This document shows positions 8,484 to 18,401 of a stretch of 64,000 nucleotides of DNA, one piece after another. How positions within the stretch are numbered: position 1 is the stretch's first letter; the number at the start of each line of letters is the position of its first letter. Below the pieces are notes generated by a model that was not told where the DNA came from, searched no databases, and saw nothing but the letters and a program-made list of their open reading frames with translations. The stretch comes from Promethearchaeia archaeon (GTDB lineage Archaea; Asgardarchaeota; Lokiarchaeia; Sigyniarchaeales; SOKP01). Location: NCBI GenBank assembly GCA_029856155.1, contig JAHQWL010000040.1, forward strand, positions 1 to 64,000, written 5' to 3'. The position numbers and the translations under genes were made by a program.

Positions 8484-10388
8484 ATGGAAAACGAAAGAAT
8501 CTCTTATCATAAATCTGTTCAAAAGGTTTATGAAAGAATTAAAAAAGATGGGATGACTAATATTTGGGATCGCTTTGAAGCCCAGGGGTTTGGAGGGGAT
8601 CCTGATAAACGATGTCCATTTTGCTTAAAAGGTGCGCGTTGTGACTTATGTTCTAATGGGCCTTGTAGAGCCGATTCATCAATAGACAAACGGGGCGTAT
8701 GCGGAATGACTGCGGACGGTATGGCAATGCGCATGATGCTTCTTAGGAATGTTATGGGCGCATCAACGTATCATTATCATACTGAAACAACTTTGAAAAC
8801 CTTAAAGGCTACGGTAGAAGGTAAAACTCCATTTAAAATTTCTGAACCCGAGAAATTAAAAAGTTTTGCTGAGCGTCTTGGTTTAGATACATCCGGTTCT
8901 GAAAAAGATATTGCAATTAGATTATATTATTTTGTGAAGGAGGACTTTATTATACCTTATGATGAACAAAGCAAAATTGTTGAGAAATTAGCACCTCCCG
9001 AAAGACAAGAAGTATGGAAAAAATTAGGAATCTTTCCAGGGGGAATTTATGGTGAAATGATGTTCTCAACAAGCTCTTGCCTTACAAATGTAGATGGATA
9101 TTATGCAAGTTTAGCTCTAAAAGCAATGAGACTTGGGATTGCCATGGCCTACCAAAGCCAAATTGTTAATGAATTTACTCAAGATATTTTATTTAATATT
9201 CCCAGACCACATAAAATGAGAGTTAATCTAGGAGTATTAGATCCAGATTACGTAAATATCCTTCCAAATGGGCATGAACCATTTCTAGGATTTGCAATGG
9301 TCCAGCTTGCACGAAAATCTGAATGGCAAGAAAAAGCGAAAGCAATCGGTGCAAAAGGAATAAGAATTATAGCAAATATTGAGACCGGACAAGAAATGAT
9401 ACAAAGATGGGAAATGGATGATGTATTTTATGGATTTACAGGAAATTGGATTATGCAAGAAGCAATCTTGGCAAGTGGCTGCATTGATGCCTTTATCTGT
9501 GATATGAATTGTTGTATGCCAATTGACCCTATATATGCTAAAAAATATAAATTCAAGTTAGTTCCGGTTTCCGAAGTTGTGGTTTTTGAAGGCATAACTG
9601 AACGAGTAGATTATAAACCTGAAAAAGCTGAAGCGCAAGCAGCAACATTAATTCAAATGGCAATTGATAATTTCAAGGAACGTAGAGCAAGTGTGGAACC
9701 TATTACAGGTTTAGATATGAGTGAAGCGGTAGTTGGATTTTCAAGTGAAAGTATTCTTTCTGCTCTTGGAGGGACATTGGAACCTTTACTAGATGTAATT
9801 AAAGACGGTACAATACGAGGAGTTGCCGGATTAATATCTTGTACTACACTTAGAGATTACGGCCAAGATGTGCATACAATTCAAGTGGCTAAAGAATTAA
9901 TTAAAAGAAATGTTTTAGTATTATCAATGGGATGTGGCAATGGTGGCCTACAAGTTGGAGGATTATGTGTACCAGAAGCGAAAGAAATGGCTGGTCCTGG
10001 CTTAAAAGCGGTTTGTGAAAAACTAGGAATTCCTCCAGTTCTTAGTTATGGAACATGTACAGATACAGGTAGAGTTGCCGATTTGATAGGAACTATCTCT
10101 GCCGCACTCGGTGGTGTACCAATTTCAGATTTACCAGTAGTAGCAGCAGCTCCAGAATATATGGAGCAGAAAGCCACAATTGATGCAATATTCGCGTTAG
10201 CATTTGGTCTATATACATATGTTAATCCAGTACCTACAGTCACTGGAGGTGCCGATTTAGTTAAACTCTTAACCGAAGATTGTAAAGATTTAACAGGTGG
10301 AATATTGCATATTGAAACTGATCCAATTCAAGCTGTCGATGCAATGTTAGCCCATATTGAGAAGAATAGGGAAAAATTAGGTATATAA
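8484..10388 (+). CDS. cooS: Anaerobic CO dehydrogenase catalytic-subunit homologue (divergent C-cluster)
   Basis: CPFC...CDLCSNGPC...CG, GHEP, DMNC, SCTT, MGCG, GTCTD and EQKA motifs of the CODH/HCP family. Confidence 0.9.
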   Translation: MENERISYHKSVQKVYERIKKDGMTNIWDRFEAQGFGGDPDKRCPFCLKGARCDLCSNGPCRADSSIDKRGVCGMTADGMAMRMMLLRNVMGASTYHYHTETTLKTLKATVEGKTPFKISEPEKLKSFAERLGLDTSGSEKDIAIRLYYFVKEDFIIPYDEQSKIVEKLAPPERQEVWKKLGIFPGGIYGEMMFSTSSCLTNVDGYYASLALKAMRLGIAMAYQSQIVNEFTQDILFNIPRPHKMRVNLGVLDPDYVNILPNGHEPFLGFAMVQLARKSEWQEKAKAIGAKGIRIIANIETGQEMIQRWEMDDVFYGFTGNWIMQEAILASGCIDAFICDMNCCMPIDPIYAKKYKFKLVPVSEVVVFEGITERVDYKPEKAEAQAATLIQMAIDNFKERRASVEPITGLDMSEAVVGFSSESILSALGGTLEPLLDVIKDGTIRGVAGLISCTTLRDYGQDVHTIQVAKELIKRNVLVLSMGCGNGGLQVGGLCVPEAKEMAGPGLKAVCEKLGIPPVLSYGTCTDTGRVADLIGTISAALGGVPISDLPVVAAAPEYMEQKATIDAIFALAFGLYTYVNPVPTVTGGADLVKLLTEDCKDLTGGILHIETDPIQAVDAMLAHIEKNREKLGI

Positions 10389-10400
10389 TTGTTAAAAATT

Positions 10401-10604
10401 TTATTTTTTCTTTTTTATTTGATAAACTCCGTCCGATAAAAGCATAAAGTGCAGTTTTCCATATTTATATACTTTATCAACTTTATTATTTTTTGCAATT
10501 TCCACGAATTCTTCCCAAGTCTTTATTTTAACAGTTCTACCGGCTTTCATAACATTCGTTACTTCAATAATTTTGAATTCTTCCGTCATTTCGACTTCCT
10601 CCAT
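10401..10604 (-). CDS. Small hypothetical protein
   Basis: 67-aa ORF with protein-like composition; GGAGG before the second Met. Confidence 0.6.
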   Translation of the reverse strand: MEEVEMTEEFKIIEVTNVMKAGRTVKIKTWEEFVEIAKNNKVDKVYKYGKLHFMLLSDGVYQIKKKK

Positions 10605-10750
10605 TTAATTTATTTATATTCATTTATTAGGTTTAAATTTTTAATTTTATAAGTTATTAGGATGTATTTATTTAAAAACTACTAGCAACTCGAAAAATAT
10701 GATGCTGGTATGTAATCATAAACTATAATATATTCATCGGGAAAAAAAAA

Positions 10751-10760
10751 GAACATGTTC
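10751..10760. promoter_or_regulatory. Perfect palindrome GAACATGTTC, candidate operator
   Basis: Upstream of the 4Fe-4S protein gene; near-copy at 8398. Confidence 0.35.
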
Positions 10761-10798
10761 GAAATTAAAATCATATTCTAATCTCCCATCTTTTAATT

Positions 10799-11584
10799 AT
10801 GACAGTTTCAGAAAAAAATAATTTGACAAAAAGAAAAATCATCAAAATCGATGAAGATCTTTGCACAGGATGCGGAAATTGTGTGGTAGATTGTGCAGAG
10901 GGAGCTTTGAAGGTAATCGATGGAAAAGCTAGGGTTATAAATGAAGTTTTCTGCGATGGTCTTGGTGCGTGCATTTCTGGTTGTCCTGAGGGAGCACTTG
11001 AAATAATTGAAAGAGAAGCTTTAGAGTTCGATGAAGAAGCTGTTGAAAAATATTTAGAATCTATGAAACATAATGAACAAGCTGAAACAGCACAAATAAA
11101 AGAAATTGTTACTGAGCACGTCCACCAATGTGGTTGCCCTTCTGCTCGAACCATGGTTTTTGAGGAACCAAAAACGCAAACAGAAGTATCTGGAAAGATA
11201 CCTTCAGCACTACGACAGTGGCCTGTTCAAATGCATTTAATCAATCCTCGAGCACCTTATTACCAAGGAGCAGATGTACTTTTTTCGGCAGATTGTGTAG
11301 GATTTTCATATGGAGATTTCCATAGAGACTTTCTAAAGCAGAAATCGATAGCAATTGCTTGTCCAAAACTCGATCAAGGTAAAGAAGTTTACATAGAAAA
11401 AATTAAATCTTTAATTGATGACGCAAAAATAAACACACTTACAGTTGCTAGTATGGAAGTGCCTTGCTGTTCTGGTTTATTAGCTTTGGCTCAAGAAGGA
11501 GTTAAACGAGCAAGTAGAAAAGTTCCAATAAAATTTGTTGTCGTGGGCATACAAGGAAATATTTTAAAAGAAGAATGGGTATAA
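10799..11584 (+). CDS. 4Fe-4S dicluster protein with Cys-rich C-terminal domain (type often found near hcp/cooS)
   Basis: CTGCGNCVVDC, CDGLGACISGCP, CGCP, LRQWPVQ, CPKLD, MEVPCC. Confidence 0.85.
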   Translation: MTVSEKNNLTKRKIIKIDEDLCTGCGNCVVDCAEGALKVIDGKARVINEVFCDGLGACISGCPEGALEIIEREALEFDEEAVEKYLESMKHNEQAETAQIKEIVTEHVHQCGCPSARTMVFEEPKTQTEVSGKIPSALRQWPVQMHLINPRAPYYQGADVLFSADCVGFSYGDFHRDFLKQKSIAIACPKLDQGKEVYIEKIKSLIDDAKINTLTVASMEVPCCSGLLALAQEGVKRASRKVPIKFVVVGIQGNILKEEWV

Positions 11585-11604
11585 TTTTTCTTTATATTTT
11601 TTAC

Positions 11605-12261
11605 TTATTGTTTCTCAAATAAGACTTTCTTTTTAATAATTTTTCTAAGCATTACGGATAAAGCTGATTTAGATTTGCCCAATTCGTTAGCTAATTCTTC
11701 TAAGGAAATCTTTCTTGGAATTTCAAAAAATCCGGAAGAAATTGCCTTATCAAGTATATTAGATTCATCATAGGTTAATTTATTTTTATCATCTTCAATA
11801 ATGTATGGAGATAATCCAATTCTTAATAATTCAAAATTAATATTTTTTTCTTCAAAAAGTGTTAATAATTGATCTATTCGTTCTCTACTCGATATCAACC
11901 TCCAATAAGCAAATCCATCCTCAACTCTTACTGGGAAGTCAATAAGGACTCCGCATTTTATTATCGCATATAATAAATAAGGATCTTCTGTTTTCACGTT
12001 AAATTTAACTTTGTTTTCTTCTTTCTCTAATACACTTAACTCGAAAACAGAAGGATGATTCCTAATTTCTACTATAATAGAATCAATATCGTAATGTAAA
12101 ATCTCAATTAGACTATTTCCAATGGACTTCTCAAGATCATAAGGCAGAAAATAGGAAATTTCCATTTTTATATCAGGAAAGTTCTTAAAAATTTCAGAAA
12201 TCCATATCTGATCTGGAAACCTAATCTTAATTCTTGCTAAACTCGACCTACTTGTATCCAT
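11605..12261 (-). CDS. HTH-10 (bacterio-opsin activator type) transcriptional regulator
   Basis: C-terminal AISSGFFEIPRKISLEELANELGKSKSALSVMLRK. Confidence 0.85.
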   Translation of the reverse strand: MDTSRSSLARIKIRFPDQIWISEIFKNFPDIKMEISYFLPYDLEKSIGNSLIEILHYDIDSIIVEIRNHPSVFELSVLEKEENKVKFNVKTEDPYLLYAIIKCGVLIDFPVRVEDGFAYWRLISSRERIDQLLTLFEEKNINFELLRIGLSPYIIEDDKNKLTYDESNILDKAISSGFFEIPRKISLEELANELGKSKSALSVMLRKIIKKKVLFEKQ

Positions 12262-12347
12262 CTTTTAATATTAGGATTTTGATTTTACAACTTTTATTTT
12301 ATACAATAATGATTAATTATTAATAAAAGCAAGTTAAATGCATTATT

Positions 12348-12944
12348 ATGGTCGAAAAGAAGAATCTACTTTTAGGGATATGTGGAAGTCCAAGAAAGCA
12401 AGGAACAGAATATGCTGTCGAGTATGCCTTAAACTATGCTGCTGAAAAATTTGGATTTGACACAGAGTTTTGGAGTGTTAGAAATAAAAAAATTAATTTC
12501 TGCATTCATTGCGATTATTGTATTCGAGAGAAAAAAGGATGTGTCAATAAGGATGATATGGAAGATCTTTATTCTAAATTGGAAGAAGCTAAATTTCTTC
12601 TCTTTGGTACTCCAGTATTTCAAGGCAATTTATCAGGTCAACTAAAAACGGTAATGGATCGGTGTCGTGCTATGGTTGCTAAGAATCCTAATGTGTTTAA
12701 AGATAAAATTGGAGCGGCATTGGCTGTAGGGGGAGATAGAAGCGGAGGACAAGAGATTGCTATAAGAAGTATTTTAGATTTTTACCAACAAAATCATATT
12801 TTACCAGTATCTGGTGGCGCTTTTGGAGCGAATATAGGTGCTAGTTTGTGGAGTAGAGATATGGGAAAAGAAGGAATCGAAAATGATGAAGAAGGGTTGA
12901 GAACCATCCGAAAAGTAATAAAAAGATTAGTAGATTTTTTATAA
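12348..12944 (+). CDS. Iron-sulfur flavoprotein (Isf)/NADPH-dependent FMN reductase family
   Basis: GSPRK, CIHCDYC-x6-C, GTPVFQG, GGQE. Confidence 0.85.
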   Translation: MVEKKNLLLGICGSPRKQGTEYAVEYALNYAAEKFGFDTEFWSVRNKKINFCIHCDYCIREKKGCVNKDDMEDLYSKLEEAKFLLFGTPVFQGNLSGQLKTVMDRCRAMVAKNPNVFKDKIGAALAVGGDRSGGQEIAIRSILDFYQQNHILPVSGGAFGANIGASLWSRDMGKEGIENDEEGLRTIRKVIKRLVDFL

Positions 12945-13048
12945 GCGAGTATGAAGTATTAAATTTAAGTCAAAACAAATAAATATTCTAATTTATCATA
13001 GATATTGTATAATAAAAAAAATAATACTATGAAATAAAAGGAGCTCTG

Positions 13049-13441
13049 ATGGGGCATAAGTTTTGTCATTATGTAATAAATTCGAATATAGATGAGGTAT
13101 GGAATGGGACATTACATTTTTGGCAACTTAATCGAGGAAAAATACTTGATCAATATATTTCAGAAAATGAGTTATATCGCAAACTTATTGTTCGTCATGG
13201 AATGACATTAGCATCATTTGGAGAAACTTATAAGATAATCCTTGGTTATCACCCCTATGAAAATATCACATTCGTTGCTTTTGATATTAAGTTAATGTTT
13301 GGTACTGGCCTACAATGGTTAAAACCTGTAGAATTAATGAAAAAATGGTCTTTCGAGATGAGGATTAACCCCATGAAATTAAGCAAAAGAAAAAATCAGT
13401 ACTTTGAGGAAAATTTTATCGAAATTTGCTCCTATTTTTAG
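13049..13441 (+). CDS. Hypothetical protein
   Basis: 130-aa ORF with AGGAG upstream. Confidence 0.65.
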   Translation: MGHKFCHYVINSNIDEVWNGTLHFWQLNRGKILDQYISENELYRKLIVRHGMTLASFGETYKIILGYHPYENITFVAFDIKLMFGTGLQWLKPVELMKKWSFEMRINPMKLSKRKNQYFEENFIEICSYF

Positions 13442-13540
13442 TTGAAATCATTAATTTCATACAGCTAACACTAGAAAAGTGATAAAAAGATTAGTAGAAT
13501 TTAAAAAATAAAAAATTAATTTAAAAATTCAATAAAAAAA

Positions 13541-13846
13541 TTATTTAACTCCAAATAATTTCTTTGCTTCTTTTTCTCTTAATCCAGAAATCCCCCAAAG
13601 CTCCTTAAACCAATATTTTCCTTTATGAATAACAACCGGGGTGTTCACTATACAACCATCAGCATCACAGAACGTTTTTGAAAAATTGTCATCATGTAAT
13701 AGCTCGTGTACAAATTCCTCATCATTTATATCTCGTTCAATATATCTAACTTCGTGTTTATTGAGCCATTCCTTTAACTCTTTACATCTGTGGCAGCCTT
13801 CCTTGGTTATCACTATTGCTGTCTTAGATTCTGCCAAAATAATCAT
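13541..13846 (-). CDS. Glutaredoxin-like protein
   Basis: CHRC motif, TPV cis-Pro loop, extra CDADGC. Confidence 0.8.
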   Translation of the reverse strand: MIILAESKTAIVITKEGCHRCKELKEWLNKHEVRYIERDINDEEFVHELLHDDNFSKTFCDADGCIVNTPVVIHKGKYWFKELWGISGLREKEAKKLFGVK

Positions 13847-14066
13847 CTCATTTTTGTTATTTCTTAGTATTTTATCCTATAAATAAATAATAATTTTAAA
13901 AAATATTTATCTTCTAATTTATAAATTTTAAAATTGTTTAATTATTACTAAAAAGCTTTTTAAAAATAAAAAGCCATTTTTCTCTTTTCCTTTATTCTAT
14001 TTTTAGCAATTTTTAATAATTTATTATGATCAGATTCTTATTTCTTATTCTTATTCTAATCTTAAG

Positions 14067-14516
14067 ATGGATCAAAAAACTCGAAATGAAGCTTTTAATG
14101 AATACATTAAAACACTATTTAATAACTCCAGTTTTAAAGAGCGGGCGATCGCTGCGCAAAACCTTGGTCAATTAAAAGAAGGTAGAGCAATTAATATGTT
14201 AGCTAGAGCTTTAAAATCTGAAAAAGATGATGTAGTCATTAATCATATTATTGAAGCTATGGGGGAAATTGGAGACCCAAAAGCTACAATGCTAATTATA
14301 GAATTTTTAAAACAAGAAGTAGAAAAACCTGAAGAAGATCAGGATAAAACAAGATTATTCACAATTATAGAAAGTCTTATGAAGATTGGCGATAAAAGAG
14401 CGCTCGAGCATTTAGGCATATTATTAGATTCTTGTCATAGCGATATTAGAAATTTAACAGAAGAAGCTTTTGAATGTATTGATCCAGAATGGAAACTGAA
14501 TATTAAATCAGTATAA
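14067..14516 (+). CDS. HEAT-repeat (PBS lyase-like) protein
   Basis: Repeats AAQNLGQL, EAMGEIGDPKA, ESLMKIGDKRA. Confidence 0.8.
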   Translation: MDQKTRNEAFNEYIKTLFNNSSFKERAIAAQNLGQLKEGRAINMLARALKSEKDDVVINHIIEAMGEIGDPKATMLIIEFLKQEVEKPEEDQDKTRLFTIIESLMKIGDKRALEHLGILLDSCHSDIRNLTEEAFECIDPEWKLNIKSV

Positions 14517-14556
14517 ATTAAAAAGATTTTTATAATAATGAGGAAGAAATAAAATT

Positions 14557-14868
14557 ATGGCTGAAATTATAGAAAACATAGCGCAAACTGTTGAGGGATC
14601 CAAAAAAAGCAGAGATATCACAATTTTAACATTATCTACTTGTATGTGGTGTAAAAAATGTAAGGCTTGGTTAAATGAGCGCGATATACAATTTAGATAC
14701 GTAGATGTAGATAAAATTAATTTTGAAGAAAAATCAAAAATTATGGATTATTTAAGGGGAAAATACCAATCTAGAATTTCATATCCATTTATGATCTGTG
14801 ATGATGAAGTTGTAGTAGGATATAATCCAAATAAATACGAAGAATTATTGAAAACTGGAGGAGCTTAA
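14557..14868 (+). CDS. Glutaredoxin/NrdH-like redoxin
   Basis: STCMWCKK, SYP, VVGY; immediately upstream of FTR. Confidence 0.85.
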   Translation: MAEIIENIAQTVEGSKKSRDITILTLSTCMWCKKCKAWLNERDIQFRYVDVDKINFEEKSKIMDYLRGKYQSRISYPFMICDDEVVVGYNPNKYEELLKTGGA

Positions 14869-14869
14869 A

Positions 14870-15235
14870 ATGGATATGGGAACTAAAGAAGGGATGATGG
14901 AATATTGTAATAAAGTATGCAAAACGAATAATTGGATATTAAATAAAGACCAAGAAACTCTAAATAATTTAATTGACGGGTTATTAGAAAATAAGAATAA
15001 TCATGGATATCAATCATGTCCATGTCGTTTAGCTTCAGGGAATCGAAATTTGGACAGAGACTTGATATGTCCTTGTGATTATGCTCCATTAGATATAAAA
15101 GAATATGGTGCCTGCTACTGCAATTTATATTTACGTCCAGATTACTATGAAACTGTTGGAAAAATATTTATTCTGGTTCCTGAAAGAAGACCTGTAGAGA
15201 AGGAAAAAGCAGTATTAGATTATTTTAAAAAATAA
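14870..15235 (+). CDS. Ferredoxin:thioredoxin reductase catalytic subunit
   Basis: Diagnostic CPC...CPC...CYC triad. Confidence 0.9.
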   Translation: MDMGTKEGMMEYCNKVCKTNNWILNKDQETLNNLIDGLLENKNNHGYQSCPCRLASGNRNLDRDLICPCDYAPLDIKEYGACYCNLYLRPDYYETVGKIFILVPERRPVEKEKAVLDYFKK

Positions 15236-15343
15236 ATCTCTTTTTACTCAACTTTTTTTTTGTCAATTTGTTTTAAAAGAGTTGTAATTAATTTTTTATT
15301 TATAAATAAAATCCTTAAATAATAGGGTTTCTCTATGTAAATT

Positions 15344-15502
15344 ATGACAGATAATGAAATATCTGATGATGAATTAGACGAAGAACTTGATAAAGCATTC
15401 AAAGACAGTGAAAGGTTAAGGGATCATTGTGGAACCCCTATGCCAAGTAATAAAGAAGTAGGTATACAGAGAACCGACGTTAAACTCAAAAAAGATAAGT
15501 AA
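15344..15502 (+). CDS. Small acidic hypothetical protein (52 aa)
   Basis: MTDNEISDDELDEELDKAFKDSERLRDHCGTPMPSNKEVGIQRTDVKLKKDK; followed by a T-rich tract. Confidence 0.5.
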   Translation: MTDNEISDDELDEELDKAFKDSERLRDHCGTPMPSNKEVGIQRTDVKLKKDK

Positions 15503-15671
15503 ATCCTAAAGAATTTTCTTTTTTATTTATTTTTAAACTTGTTTATATTTGATCGATATTCAATTTTATATTAAAAATAAAGATATAATGTATATAATCA
15601 GATAACTGCTTTATTGAATATTAATGAAGCTTTTATAAAGAATTAATCTTTGTTAATTACGTGAGAAATTT

Positions 15672-16652
15672 ATGAAAGAAAGAATTAAAGGGAGAAAGAA
15701 TTACCCTACCGATGAAGTTGATCCGGATAACTTTCTTAGTGATGAAACAATAAGACATTTCATTAGGAATAAGGATAAAATTCAATTTAAATCAGATGAT
15801 TATAATAAACTCTATAATTGTGTGCATTGTGGAGAATGTGAGACTGAAAGTGAACGTATTTTATTAAAACAAAAATATATTGAAGATGGAAATACATTTG
15901 AAGGGATAAATGAGATGATTGAATATTTTGAGAACTATAGATCGCCATATCCTACAAATAAAATGCGAATAAGACCCCCAAAAGGGATTCCAAGAGATTC
16001 TGATACTTTATTTTTTATGGGTTGTCTCTCTACAATAAGAATTCCCCAATTTACTGAACATGCTCTTCAATATCTAATGCAACAAGAGATTGATTTCACA
16101 ATTTTGGAAACTGAAATTTGTTGTGGATGGCATTTAAAAATAAGCGGGCTGATAAAAGAATATGAAACATCTGTGGAAGAGAATCGAGAACTTTTTAATT
16201 CAAAAAAATTTAAAGAGATAATTTGCTTATGCCCAGCTTGTTATTATCTTTTTAAAAATGAGATGGATGGCTTAAATGCAGATGTAAGATATATTTCTGA
16301 CTACTTGACCCCTTCAAATGTCCGTAAATCGGGTAAAGTAGGGGTACAACATTTATGTCAATTAATGAACAGAGGTAAAGAAGGTGTAGAAACGATTGTT
16401 GATGATATTCTTAGAAAGATTGGTTATGAGGTTTTAGATGTTCCACATTGGTGTTGTGGTGGTGGTTCTGGTTGGATGGGACGAACTGATATAATAGAAC
16501 GAGTTGCTCGGAAGAGAATGTCAGATTTTGATCGAGAGGACCTTGATTATATAACAACTTATTGTCCTTCCTGTTGGTGGATACTTCGTCGATTTAGTAA
16601 AAAATGCAAAATTCACCCAAAAGCTGTAGATTTATTTGAATTATTGCTATAA
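15672..16652 (+). CDS. CCG-domain Fe-S protein (HdrB/HdrD/GlpC-like)
   Basis: CVHCGEC; two CCG domains (CCG...CPAC, CCG...CPSC). Confidence 0.85.
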   Translation: MKERIKGRKNYPTDEVDPDNFLSDETIRHFIRNKDKIQFKSDDYNKLYNCVHCGECETESERILLKQKYIEDGNTFEGINEMIEYFENYRSPYPTNKMRIRPPKGIPRDSDTLFFMGCLSTIRIPQFTEHALQYLMQQEIDFTILETEICCGWHLKISGLIKEYETSVEENRELFNSKKFKEIICLCPACYYLFKNEMDGLNADVRYISDYLTPSNVRKSGKVGVQHLCQLMNRGKEGVETIVDDILRKIGYEVLDVPHWCCGGGSGWMGRTDIIERVARKRMSDFDREDLDYITTYCPSCWWILRRFSKKCKIHPKAVDLFELLL

Positions 16653-16695
16653 ATATAATAAATTGAAGAGTTCTTAACCTATAAAAATTTAAGAC

Positions 16696-16860
16696 TTAAA
16701 ATGCTTCAGGAATTTCTACTACAAAATTACTTCCTTGACTATAATTATAATCTATCCGATTTTCAACCCAGGTTTTACCATTATAGCTTTCAATTATCTT
16801 TTTTACGAGAGAGAGTCCTATTCCCATTCCTCTCACATGATTGTCTTTCTTATAACCTTT
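16696..16860 (-). pseudogene. 3' remnant of a sensor histidine kinase (HATPase G2 box to end)
   Basis: KGYKKDNHVRGMGIGLSLVKKIIESYNGKTWVENRIDYNYSQGSNFVVEIPEAF*; in-frame TGA directly upstream. Confidence 0.8.
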
Positions 16861-17100
16861 TCAAAATTTAATCTACTTTCAAGAGACACTAAAATAAACC
16901 TTAATATAAAGATGTAGTTAATTTTTTCCTAATTTATTGAGATTAGTTAGATAAAGCTTAATCTGAAAATATGATAGAGTAAATAAATTTAAATTTATTG
17001 AAAGAGAAAAAGTAATTCTAAAAGCGTTATAACTATTTGGAGACGCTTTGGTTAAAAAAAATTGCCAAGAAATTTATTAAATTTGGGACTTTTTTAATAT

Positions 17101-18261
17101 TTGATTAGTGTGGAACAAAGTGAGAGTCTTAATGAAAAAAAAGCTGAAAAAAAATTTAACAAGTTCACTTTAAGAGAATTTGGAGGAGCTTTTGGAGATT
17201 GGGGTACATTAGTTCCATTTATAATTGGATATATATCAATTGTAGGATTAAGTCCAGCAGGAATCTTCATTACTTTGGGAATTACTAATATTATATTAGG
17301 AGTGAAATTTAACCTCCCACTTCCAGTTCAACCTCAAAAGACTATTGGTACTGTAGCTATTTCAAGACATTGGAATTCAGACTTAGTTATTTCTACTGGA
17401 TTTGGTACCGGAGTGATTTGGTTCCTTCTTGGATTTTCAAAAAAACTTAATTACATTGTGAATAAAGTTCCTATTATAGCAGTAAGAGGTATCCAACTAG
17501 GATTAGCCTTCATTTTAGGGTGGACAGGAATTTTATTATTTGGTGAGAATATTATTTTAGGTTTCATTTCAATTTCAATTATTTTATTGCTTATAAAGAA
17601 TAAACCAATACCATCCGCAATAATTCTTACATTTGGGGGAATTTTAATAATGTTTTTTACAGGTGTTATTAGCATTACAGAATTAAAATTAGGTATTCCA
17701 ACATTATCTTTTGGAATACCTACATGGAATAACTTTTTATACGGAATGATATATGCAGGAATTGCCCAATTATTTTTGACGTTGACAAATGTTATGATTG
17801 CTACTGTTGTATTAATTAAAGAGCTTTTTCCAGAGAAAGAAGGGATTGATGCTAATACCTTAGCTTTTAATATGGGAGCAATGAATTTAATTAATCCTTT
17901 TTTAGTAGGGATGCCTTTATGTCATGGTTCAGGAGGATTAATGGCTCAGTACGCTTTTGGTGCTAGAACTGGAGGGTCTATGATATTAGAGGGAATAATG
18001 GAATTATTTCTTGGATTATTTTTTTCTGACACTCTATTTCTTCTTTTTACTAAGTTTCCCATGGCTATTCTAGGAGCTATGCTTATTTATACTGCCTTTT
18101 TATTAGGAAAAATAGCTTTTAGAGATTTTAATATTAAAACGTTCCCAATAATATTGATCTCCGCAATTTTTTCCTACTTTATTAATATAGCTATTGGATT
18201 TCTAATTGGAATAACGCTTTATTATATTTTTAAAAAATTAATTGACAAACCTGAAAGTTGA
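17101..18261 (+). CDS. MOT1-family molybdate/sulfate transporter
   Basis: GAFGDWGT, PLPVQPQK, PLCHGSGGL..QY.FGARTG. Confidence 0.85.
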   Translation: MISVEQSESLNEKKAEKKFNKFTLREFGGAFGDWGTLVPFIIGYISIVGLSPAGIFITLGITNIILGVKFNLPLPVQPQKTIGTVAISRHWNSDLVISTGFGTGVIWFLLGFSKKLNYIVNKVPIIAVRGIQLGLAFILGWTGILLFGENIILGFISISIILLLIKNKPIPSAIILTFGGILIMFFTGVISITELKLGIPTLSFGIPTWNNFLYGMIYAGIAQLFLTLTNVMIATVVLIKELFPEKEGIDANTLAFNMGAMNLINPFLVGMPLCHGSGGLMAQYAFGARTGGSMILEGIMELFLGLFFSDTLFLLFTKFPMAILGAMLIYTAFLLGKIAFRDFNIKTFPIILISAIFSYFINIAIGFLIGITLYYIFKKLIDKPES

Positions 18262-18401
18262 TCCAATAAAATTTATATTTTTAACTATTAATACAATTCT
18301 ATTAGAATTTATCCTATAGTAATTCTGAGCTGATTTTTTTTATAATTTAAATGAAAAATTCTTTTAAGTGTGAAAGTAAATATTCATATTAGAATGAACA
18401 A

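Noticed and set aside
16735-16917. 60-aa plus-strand ORF from the track
   Set aside because: Antisense shadow of the histidine-kinase remnant
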